NCBI GenBank assembly: GCA_010356995.1
Contig: ML996687.1
Span: 187,803 to 251,802 of the forward strand
Length of the DNA: 64,000 nucleotides
Source of the DNA: Trichodelitschia bisporula
Taxonomy: Eukaryota
Reading direction: 5' to 3'
Shown here: one piece after another, positions 1 to 9,373 of the stretch
Numbering within the stretch: the first letter of the stretch is position 1
How the letters are laid out: each line of letters starts with the position of its first letter
The notes under the pieces: model-generated
Told to the model about the DNA's origin: nothing
The model's input: the letters and a program-made list of their open reading frames with translations, nothing else
Database searches by the model: none
Program-made: the position numbers and the translations under genes

Positions 1-223
1 TGGTGATGTTCGTTTGCCCGGCGTAGGTGCCGGGGTGGAGGAAGATGCAGGATTGCCGGGAGGGCGGGAGGGCGGCGAGACCGGCGGTGAGGGTTTTGTG
101 GGCCTGGGTGGGCCCGACGGACAAGCAGCCAGGGGGTGGGGTGAGGCGGGATTTGGTGCTTTGGCGGGGGAGGAGGGTTGAGGATGTTGGGGGGAGGAGG
201 AGAAGGAGGGGGAGAAGGAGCAT
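1..223 (-). CDS. Secreted pectinesterase (pectin methylesterase, CE8), 5' part; runs off the window edge
   Basis: Not in the ORF track. Manual translation from the ATG at 223 gives MLLLPLLLLLPPTSSTLLPRQSTKSRLTPPPGCLSVGPTQAHKTLTAGLAALPPSRQSCIFLHPGTYAGQTNIT. This is a signal peptide followed by the SR..PP.GCL.V...CIF..PGTY..Q..I N-terminus typical of fungal CE8 enzymes. Confidence 0.8.
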   Translation of the reverse strand, partial: MLLLPLLLLLPPTSSTLLPRQSTKSRLTPPPGCLSVGPTQAHKTLTAGLAALPPSRQSCIFLHPGTYAGQTNIT

Positions 224-672
224 TTTGGTGGTGATGGGTGCATCGTGAGGGCGGCGATGGTAGTTGGGAAAGGGATATACAGGTATGGGTAGGGCATATG
301 GGCTGGAGATGTGTACGCGGTCGGGGACTCGGTCACTCGTTTCGAGTATTGGGCCGACGGCGGTGGATGGTGTGGTGTGGGGTATATTGCGGGGAAGGGG
401 TGACACTATATTTTGCGGAGAATTGGGCGTTCAAGTGCCCGTTGTATAGAAATGCATATACGCAAGGCTGAAGGCTGGGCATTTAATCCTCGTACTAGAA
501 CTAGTTCTAATCCAGCCCACGGACCCGTCATCGCCGTCATCGCCCTTCACAACCCGCCCCAAAGCCCACGCTTGCTGATATAATGCCAAAGCTCTCCAGA
601 GACAACATAAAGTCTCAAACGAAGTCCACCCCAAGTACCGCAACAAATAATCCCTCCAACCAACCCCACGCA

Positions 673-1204
673 CTACCCCTCCCCCACCCCCCCTATCCGC
701 CTCTCCACAACCCTCTCCTCATGCGTCCCCACCCCCTCCCCCTCCTTCCCCCCCGCCACCCTCTCCCCGCTCCGTCCTCCAGGCTCGAACACGCACCCTA
801 CGGCCAGCCTATGGTGATCATGTCCTATACGCTGCGCGGGGGCGGGCGGCCAGACTATGTCGCGGTTGGTGAGGGTGGGGTAGAGGAGGGAGAGGGCGGT
901 TTGAGGCGTAGACTAAAGCGGGAGGTTAGCCGCTTTCGAGGATATTGTAGGAGGGAAGGGGGCACACCTCATTCCGCTCTCTCGCGGCCCAGATTAATCG
1001 CTCCGCGCTGAGCAGTGTAGCATGCCCCTCCTGCACCGCAAGCCGGGTGGCATACGGCGTAGGCGAGCGAGGGTGAGGGGGGCGCTGCGGCCGCGGGGCC
1101 GGATCGCGGGGAGGCTCAAACCGCCCCCTGAATTCGTTGTAATTCTCTGCCGCCTCCGCCTCCCTGATAGCCGTGGTCCTATCGTCGCCGTAGTAGGTGT
1201 TCAT
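673..1204 (-). CDS. Small hypothetical protein, probably two exons (MNTYYGDDRTTAIREAEAAENYNEF...)
   Basis: ATG at 1204. An intron-like GTGTGC..GCTAAC..TTTAG near 967-912 joins to an open frame ending in TAG at 673. No recognisable domain. Confidence 0.35.
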
Positions 1205-1778
1205 ATTGGTAGACACTCGTGGGGCAGAAGGCGAAGTCGTTTTCTCAAAGTCGTTTTCTCGAAGTCCTCGTCTCAAAGTCCTCACCTCCCCTCGCTCCTT
1301 TAAACCCACACCCGCCCCGCTCACACTTCCCCCGCCCCGCAGCCCGGCTTCTGCAATGCACGGCGGTGACGAGGGAGAAGCAGGACCCTGCTCATATGCA
1401 GGCCGCCGCCACGAGGGCCGGGCCGGGCGCGGCGGGAGGGAGAGGGAGGGGGGGCGGAGGGTGGGGCAGGATAGTGGTTGAAAGATCAAAGCCAATGGCG
1501 CGGCGCCGGCCCGGGCCCCACTGCCGTGCGACGCGGAGCTCGAGGCCGCGAAGCGGGTAATGCTGCTGTACATCTAAGCCGTGCATCGTACGGCATAGCA
1601 GGCGGGCCCGCGGCAGGGCGGACGATGCTGTGTAACTACCGCCGGGCTGCGGGTCTGCGGGTCTGCGGGTACCCGGCGTGCAGATCAGGGGAGAGACTCT
1701 GTGTCACCGACCCGGACAGGAAGCGGGTACTCGTACGTATTTCTAAGCTACCTACCTACGGATGTGCGTCACCAGGCT

Positions 1779-4136
1779 CTACGTCCTCGCGCGCCGTCTC
1801 GCCCTCTCCTCCGCCCTCCCCTCCCGTTCCCGCTGACGCTCAAACCGTTCCATCTCGCGCTCCATCCTCTCCCTTTCCCTCTCCTCCCGCCTGCCCTTCT
1901 CCCCCTTCTCCACCCTCGCCACCGCGTTCTCCGCCTCTCTCTCCCGGACCCGCCCGACGAGATATCCCCACCCCCCATGCCCGAGCGCGCGGGTCCACAC
2001 CCTTCCCCACCCCTTCTCGCACACAGCACATCGCCCCCCATGCACCGTCCTCGCCCTAAAGCCCACCGCTGCATCCGCGCCGCGCCGCTGGGCGTCTGCG
2101 CCATTGTCCGTCCAGCAGGCGGTGCAGACGAGGAATTCGGGGAGCGAGGAGTCAGCCCAGAAACGACCTTCCTCCTCGTCCGAGGCGACACCCGGGACCA
2201 CGGCGCGCAGCGGCGTGAGGTCCACGTCCCCAGATAAGGACGCTGCTTCGTCGACTTGCACCAGCGCATCGAGGCAGCGCGCAAACACACCGCCCCCGCC
2301 GCGGCCAAGCACACATCCGCCCTCGCGCCGCACCCAGCGGCCCTCTAGACACGCGAACAGGCCCGCCAGGCGTCTCCTATCGCGGGCGCACACGACAAAC
2401 GCCGGGCAGCCCTTCAGGCCATATTCGCCCCCCCCCTGACACCCCCCGGTCCCGCTAGTAACGAGGCTCAGATCCCGGCCCCCGCGCCGGAGGGTCAACA
2501 ACCACCCCAGCCTAGCCCACACCCCGCTAAACGAGCACACCGTCTTCCCCCCGCGCGTCACAGGGACGAATCCAGCGCCCATCGGGCCAGTCGCGAATAC
2601 GCCCGCGTAGCAACTCGGACAGACAGCAAAATCCGGCGCCGAGAGCGGCGCGAACCAATCCTGCGCCCTGCTGGCATGGGACCGCGGGCACGGCGGGAGG
2701 TTAATCGGGGCATCCGGCGGCGGGGACACACGGGTCAGCGCACGCGAAGTCTCGGCCTCAGTGCGCTTGCCCCTCGAAGAGGGAGTGGAGCTCAGGCCAC
2801 TGCGCTCGCTCGCCTTCATCGACTCCGAGGAACTCAACCCGCTGCGCTCACTCCCACTCCGCGCCACCTGCCGCCGCGGCTTCGCAAACGCCGTCTCGCT
2901 CGGCATGAGATCCGTGAGCGGATACGGCAGGCCCGAGTCCGCGGTCACGCTGCGGCCCAGGCGGGACGGAGGGCGGAAGCCGCGGGATGTGCGGGAGGGG
3001 GCGTCGGGCTCGCCGACGGGAGAGTGGGGGCCGAAGGGCGAGGCTGCGAGGGGCGAGCCGGGGAGTGGCGAGGTGGGCAAGGACGACTGGGGAAGGTACG
3101 GCGACTGGGGGAAGGGCGAGGCGGCGTAGGACCCGCGGGGCAGGCCGCGCGGCGAGGGGGGCGGGCTATCCGAGTAGCCGTGCGCGTGATGCGATTTGCG
3201 GATTGGGACTGGGAGGGAGGGGGGCGGGAGGTCTGGCCTAGGGGGCTGCACCGCGAATGCTCCAGCCGGGGACGAGAACGAATGGCGGGGCCGGCGACGG
3301 CGGGGCTCTGGATCGCTGGAGTCTGAGGGTTCGGACCGCCGGGTGTGGTGGGGCTCTGGGTCGCTGGTTAAGTCGCTGGAATCCGAAGGGTCGGGCCGAC
3401 GCCTGTGGTGAGGCCTCGCTTCAGTGGAGTCCGAGGGCGCGGGGGCGTGCGCTGAGCTGCCGGACCGCATGTGCCGGCGCAGGGAAGAGGATTTTAACGA
3501 GCCGATGGGGCTGGCTTTGTAGGATCCGATTGGGCTGGGCTTGTACGATGCGAGGGGGGTGTTGGAGCGGGGGGTTAGGGGGCCGGAGGGGGTGTAGGTG
3601 TAGGGCGAGGGGTGGCGGGCGCCGAGGCGAGGGGCTTCGGCATCGACGTTGAGGTTGAGGGAGGGTTTCTGGCGGGAAATGGTGGGCCGACGCTTGGGAT
3701 GGCGGACGGCGGAGGCGGGATCGACGGGCAGCTCGATGAGGATGGGGTCTTGGTCGATGTAGCCACGCATAACGACGTCATCGCTGCTGGATGTGCGTGG
3801 GGGGTGTTCGCGGGCGAGGGAGTGGGCTTCGTCTTCCACGCATGGAGGGGGTGGGTAGGACCTGTGGCGGGGGAGTTTACGGCGCCGGTGATGAGGGGGA
3901 GGGCGGTGACTGGAGGAGGTTGAGCTTGAGGGCGGGGAGGATGCGTACGATGTGTGGGAGGTGTTGAAGGAGCGAGGAGTGAAGGAGCGCGGGGTGTATG
4001 ACGTTGGTCCGTCGAGGGGCGGTGGGTATGGCTGCTGGTGCTGGTTGTAGGAATAGTCGCCGACGGGGATGGGTGCAACGGCGTAGGGATGCGGGTAGTT
4101 GGTGTAGTAGGCGTTGTAGTCGTATGGATAGGCCAT
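1779..4136 (-). CDS. 785-aa Pro/Ser/Arg-rich protein with a Cys-motif C-terminal region (resembles fungal proteins often labelled Ser/Arg-related nuclear matrix protein)
   Basis: Long single ORF with a low-complexity N-terminus and C-terminal motifs QDWF..DFAVCPSCY, FVVCARD and EFLVCTACW, ending in a charged coiled-coil tail. Confidence 0.75.
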   Translation of the reverse strand: MAYPYDYNAYYTNYPHPYAVAPIPVGDYSYNQHQQPYPPPLDGPTSYTPRSFTPRSFNTSHTSYASSPPSSSTSSSHRPPPHHRRRKLPRHRSYPPPPCVEDEAHSLAREHPPRTSSSDDVVMRGYIDQDPILIELPVDPASAVRHPKRRPTISRQKPSLNLNVDAEAPRLGARHPSPYTYTPSGPLTPRSNTPLASYKPSPIGSYKASPIGSLKSSSLRRHMRSGSSAHAPAPSDSTEARPHHRRRPDPSDSSDLTSDPEPHHTRRSEPSDSSDPEPRRRRPRHSFSSPAGAFAVQPPRPDLPPPSLPVPIRKSHHAHGYSDSPPPSPRGLPRGSYAASPFPQSPYLPQSSLPTSPLPGSPLAASPFGPHSPVGEPDAPSRTSRGFRPPSRLGRSVTADSGLPYPLTDLMPSETAFAKPRRQVARSGSERSGLSSSESMKASERSGLSSTPSSRGKRTEAETSRALTRVSPPPDAPINLPPCPRSHASRAQDWFAPLSAPDFAVCPSCYAGVFATGPMGAGFVPVTRGGKTVCSFSGVWARLGWLLTLRRGGRDLSLVTSGTGGCQGGGEYGLKGCPAFVVCARDRRRLAGLFACLEGRWVRREGGCVLGRGGGGVFARCLDALVQVDEAASLSGDVDLTPLRAVVPGVASDEEEGRFWADSSLPEFLVCTACWTDNGADAQRRGADAAVGFRARTVHGGRCAVCEKGWGRVWTRALGHGGWGYLVGRVREREAENAVARVEKGEKGRREERERERMEREMERFERQREREGRAEERARRRART

Positions 4137-5689
4137 GGTGGGGCGGTTGGGGTGTGGTCAAGACGATGGGAGGGACCGAAAGGTATTAGAAAGGAATGCC
4201 CGTAGGATAAGAGGCTAGAGGTCTGATTATGTAGGCTTTGTATGTAGGCTGACAACTAGCGGGAGACAAAAACCGGAGGTAAGAGAGACACAATGCATTC
4301 ATGCGCGACCAGCGGCTTTCGTAGCTCATTGCGGGGGATCCAAATCCTTAGTCGAGCAGACAAACGCGGCTGCCATGCTCGCTAGAGGTACTGTAAGTCA
4401 GTTGCATGCTTGCCCAAAGGGGGAGAAGCAGCGGACACCAGACAGACCCACAACTCGCCAGTGATCAACGCAGTCGACAAAGGCCAGGCTGACCACTCGA
4501 GGCCCTGCAAGTCCGCCAGTTAGGGCCGTTATGGACTTGCTGCGAGGTGGGTGTGGGCTTCAGAGCAGGGTAAACGGTGCATGAAGCAAATGAACGAGAG
4601 GCGGTGTCGAGCAGGCGAGGCGGGGCGCATCGGGCCAATGAGCCCTCGGCCCTGACCGGCGCGCATGCAACGTTTGCCGGGAATGTATCAAAGCGTCGAG
4701 GCGTGGCCGCACAAGTCCACGGCAGAGCGACCGCAAAGTGACCGCGCAAGTGACCGCCGGCGGCTGCCGATGATGTCCGCCCCTCTCACCTCAAACCTAC
4801 GAGGTACAGCTCGCAGACGTGCTGGAATCTGCACCGCCCGGGCCAAGAGCCACACCGTGGGGCGCAAGCGTCGTTGGTCCACGTCTCGTGAGTGGTAAGG
4901 CTTCCACACACCTGCCAACGACCGATGAAAAGCGACTTCGCGTACATTAATCCCGCCCGCATCCCTTCTGCCGCTGGTCAAGGAACGTGGCATCCTGAGG
5001 TGCTGCACCGGAGGAAAGCCTTAGACTTCCCCCCTGAGAGTAACCGAGTCCCACCGCTCATCCTGCAGACCATGGAAAATTCACCCAGCAAATGATGCTC
5101 CATCGACCCGTCCCGTGGATCCGGAGCCCGCAACGAGATACCTTTGCGCTGGTACATGGCGTCGGAAAGCTTCCTAGTTACATGGCCCAGCATCCCTCCG
5201 GCACCGAAGTCACCGTTCTCTGGTCCGCTTTCCTGCGCGCGTCGCGCAAAAAGGCAGCATGCGGCATGCGATGAACCCTACCACGGACACTGCTACTCTT
5301 CTAGTCAGTACGTAGTACATCGGCTCTGCAAAGTCCTGCGCCCGCCCCGCTGACTTCGAGTCTCCTAAGTCTAGAATGTCCTCGCTGTCGGCCTGCGACT
5401 TGTCGTCTAAGACGGGATCATTGCGGAAATCGACTCCTGCATCGTCAGGACACTCTCGCGTCCGGGTCTGGCCGTCTCTTCGATGCTGTTCAACATGTCA
5501 CTGGCTACACCGTCAGCGTCTGCTCCACCCATCCTCCCCTTCCTGACGTGACTAACGTGTCGATTTCGCCCAGATGTATGGCCAGGATGGGGGTCTCACT
5601 GCCGTGTGCGCTTAAGCTCGGCTGCCATGTGCTGAGAATATCAGCATAGTGTATGCAGATATAAACAGCCCGGACCCGCAGTTCCTGAT

Positions 5690-7300
5690 TCACCGCGGCT
5701 TCACAGACGCCGCGTAGGCTGTGTATCCGCAGGTGTTGGAAAAGCATCGCTACCGGCATCGTGTCGACTCGTTCTCCATCTCCCTAACCCTAAATTTAGT
5801 CATGGATCCTGGAGTCGCTCGGCATAAAGACAGTGGTCCGGATGGGAATCGCGGACTTGGGAAGCCTCCTTGCTGCGCCAATGGGCCAGCAGTGTTGGTC
5901 TGCATAGAGAAGGCAAACACATCAAATGACCTGCAGGAGAGTCCGGATGAGGCCTATTTTGCCTCTCATCTTAGTCAGAGCAATATACACGTTAATGGCC
6001 TCTGCCATAGGGCTGTCAGCGCCTCCGCGCGGTGGGTTCCTTTCCTACATTCGGATATCTCAGCATGCCGACGTTTAGCACAACATGGTCGATTGTGAGG
6101 TCGGAATCTCGGGCGAGCTCGTCCCCAGGGCAGGCCCAGAGGTTAACAGCTGGCGCGCTCAAACCGGTGGCACAAAACAATGATCCTGGCTCCGACGTTA
6201 TGTCGCACAAGAATATCTGGCAGTTCGCAGCAGGATCGCCCCCCGAGTAGTCGCATCGTAGGTGAGATGATTGCGTATCGTGGCAAGCACGCGGTTGCTT
6301 CTCACGAGTAGCTGATTGTTGAACTCGTGCCCGATGCCCTGCAATGCTCCGCAAGTAAGGCAAGTTTTAGGGCGCTGTTGCTTGGAGTCTGCGGTACCTC
6401 ATTTCGAGGCTTGGTGGTAGGGCTTCACCCGTATATGCATCTTGGTACTCGGGAAAATACACTTGTACCTGAGAACTGCGGCGGTGAGCGCGGCAAGCCT
6501 GTCGTCGGCAGAGTGCGGGATGCGTCTGCAGTCTACTGGCCTCATCCTGGCTCATCATGAGGCTCCAAGCGAGGCGTTCAGACCTGGTCGGCACATGTAT
6601 GAGGCAGAACTAAAGTTGAGCCGCAACCTGAGTACGACATATTACAGCCTCATCGTTCGTAGAGCGCATCTCGAAAGTCGTAAGTGAAGAACGACTATGA
6701 GGCTGAAGTTTGAACGTCTCCTTAGCAAAAATCCTGTTGCCCTTTGGCCAACCATCCCAGCTTGAATTGTGGGGAAGTTCGTTATTTGCCTTGTCGCCTG
6801 ACAGTCAGCATCCGGATACATCCCACGATCCTTAAGATTTTCGACCGCCGAAGCTGAAGGCATTTGATCGAGACCAGAAGACGTAACGGATACTCGCATC
6901 CGCCAATGTCTACCCGAGGTGCGAATGTACACTCTTGACATTGCAGCGCGGCAGTACTTTCCGTCTTTCGGACGTCCGGCGAGGCATTTGGCAATTTCGA
7001 TGCATTTCGGCTCTCAGGACATGCATGCCAGCTAGCCGAGGACGCCGAGCTACGCGGCTACGGCAAAGAGCGGGACCACGCCATATGGGACATTTTGAAG
7101 AGTGGAGAATTGAACATAGCTGTCCTGCATGTACAAGCAGAATTCTGCAACTGGAACTTTTGGGATCCTTACGGAGCGGTTGTGCGTTTGTTGAGAGTTC
7201 TTCCTCCTGCAGAGTACAACTGCAGCGTCATCGGCGGCCCGTGTGCACGTCACAGAGATGGGTGATCGGTGGAACAGGTTGGGATGAGAAGAGAGGAAGC
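5690..7300 (+). ncRNA. Candidate telomerase RNA (TER/TR); boundaries approximate
   Basis: TATAAA at 5660-5665; CCCTAACCCTAA (two copies of the TTAGGG complement) at 5782-5793; no credible CDS in the 4137-7837 gap; several base-paired stems between 6357 and 7215. Confidence 0.5.
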
Positions 7301-7445
7301 ATGATAAGAGAAGCGGAGGACACGCGTGGCTTTTTCAGGTGGCTTCCGTCCCCCACTCCAAGGCAATTGGAGATGCACCGCAATGGAGCAAGAGAGCAGA
7401 GAAGGTTGAGATGCCCTGACATCATGCCTGATCATAGCCAAGCAT

Positions 7446-7520
7446 CCAATCACGATGACTTCAATGTCATGGTAACATATGACTAAGCTGTCTGATTGCG
7501 AATTCATGCCCGCTGATTGG
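7446..7520. promoter_or_regulatory. Two convergent CCAAT-N12-RWT sites (CBC:HapX bipartite motif) in the cytochrome c promoter
   Basis: + strand CCAAT cacgatgacttc AAT at 7446-7465; - strand CCAAT cagcgggcatga ATT at 7520-7501. Both match CSAATN12RWT, and cytochrome c is an established CBC/HapX target in Aspergillus. Confidence 0.6.
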
Positions 7521-7837
7521 CCTTCGCTCATCTCCGAGTTGTTCCGGCGTCACTCCGACCGCCACAATGTGGCTCGGGACGGATGACCCCATGGCCGTTA
7601 GTGGCTAGCGTGGTTTTGAAGAGCAAAAACCCTTCTCCCGGAGCGTGGCATTGGCCCCGTCATTGTCGCGAGAGTCCCTTCAAGAAGTGCCTGGAGCCCT
7701 GCAACTTTTTCTGCTTCCTCCCTTCCCTCATCTCTGCACTCCAACCAACTCTTCAACACCTGCCTCTGCAACCTCATTCCTATTTCCTAAAGCTTCTACA
7801 CGCACACACACATCCCTTACACCCTTCAGCATTCACA

Positions 7838-8462
7838 ATGGGTTTCGAAGAAGGTATGCGCTCTTTTCCGCTTTATCGTAGCTGTTTGCCGCCCGTCGCC
7901 GCCCACCGCCGGGATCGTGGCCTCAAAGCCATTGAGCACCTATACATCCTGCGCATGTGTCTAGCTTTAGCCCTGTGCTTCATTGAGCTGGCGTGACCGC
8001 ATTCGGCTTCCATCTTATCATAAAGTGCAATTGCTGACCTCCCCAGGTGATCTTAAGAAGGGTGCCGGTCTCTTCAAGGTACGCACAAAGAGATAAAGAT
8101 CCTGCTCCACACTGCGCATAAACTCACATCTGTAGACCCGCTGCGCTCAGTGCCACACCCTGAAGGAGGGCGAGGCTAACAAGGTCGGCCCTAACCTGCA
8201 CGGTCTTTTCGGCCGCAAGTCCGGTCAGGTTGAGGGCTTCTCCTACACCGACGCCAACAAGCAGAAGGGTGTTACATGGGAGGAGAGCACTCTTGTGAGT
8301 TTTTACCCGTTCAAAAAGAAAAACATGCCTAACAGTACCTAGTTCGAGTACCTCGAGAACCCCAAGAAGTTCATCCCCGGCACCAAGATGGCCTTCGGTG
8401 GTCTCAAGAAGGCCAAGGACCGGAACGACCTGATCACCTTCCTGCGCGAGGAGACCAAGTAG
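7838..8462 (+). CDS. cyc1: Cytochrome c (exons 7838-7853, 8047-8078, 8136-8294, 8343-8462)
   Basis: Spliced product [108 protein letters not shown], with the CxxCH heme motif. Confidence 0.99.
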
Positions 8463-9373
8463 ACGTGGCGGCAACCTCACCTCACCCCAACCGATTGTAC
8501 GCATAGCACCTTAGACGTTAGCATAATCGTGCGGGAGATGGACCTCCAGATGAGCCGGGATAATCTCCTGTCAGGTTTGGACGACATGATGACGTAGAAA
8601 AAGATAGGGGTTCGGGTCTTCGGTTCCTTTGTAAACTATTGTGGCATTTGATGCGGAACTGGCACGTCTCTGAACAAGGGCTGCTGTGGTGTATTTGGGT
8701 GTGCTGTGTTTCTCTCCGCTTTACTCCACATAGACTTGTACGCTTTGGGTAGTGGGTTAGGGGCTCTCTAATGGATCCTTGACGCTCGCTTTACGCGTGC
8801 ATGGTTGATCGCAATCGCTGTCTTATGTGTACACTTGCGGAGTATATTCCGGTTTGATCGCCGTCCGCTGACCTTGCAAGCGTCCAAGGCGTCTTCGCCA
8901 CAGCCGGCCTCATCAAGTGGATAGAAAGGCCCCAATGCGAAGAGGACGGAATAGCTCAACATGCTGCACCCCATGTCGTGACCCACCTTCGAGATTGCCG
9001 TTACCTTCAGCTCCATACCCACCTTGGACGTCGTTTCTCCAAACCAACTCTGTCCATTCATGCAGGAAACTGTCTGTAATGTTGTAACTGCTAAGAAAAA
9101 CTAGAAAGCCATTGTCGAAGTAGATACAGGTTAAGAGATTAATATCCACTCTTGAGCTTTAAACGGTCAGACATTTACCCCTTCATGGTCGATGTCGGTT
9201 AGTGCCTTAAAGCCTAGGGCATCAATTTCGTACGTGCTTCATACTCCACGACGCGCTTGTGAGCTCCGTCACTATGCGCCGCACCCGCTCTCGAGGGCAA
9301 CAACTAAGGTCGCCATCGATGCTCTATTCCAGCAGCTGAAACAGCTGGTAGTCTGCACCTCAACAACGCCATC

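Noticed and set aside
5721..7486. ORFs of 125 aa (5721-6098) and 183 aa (6935-7486)
   Set aside because: Non-ATG starts, no domain resemblance and no genome-typical codon bias; better explained as non-coding.
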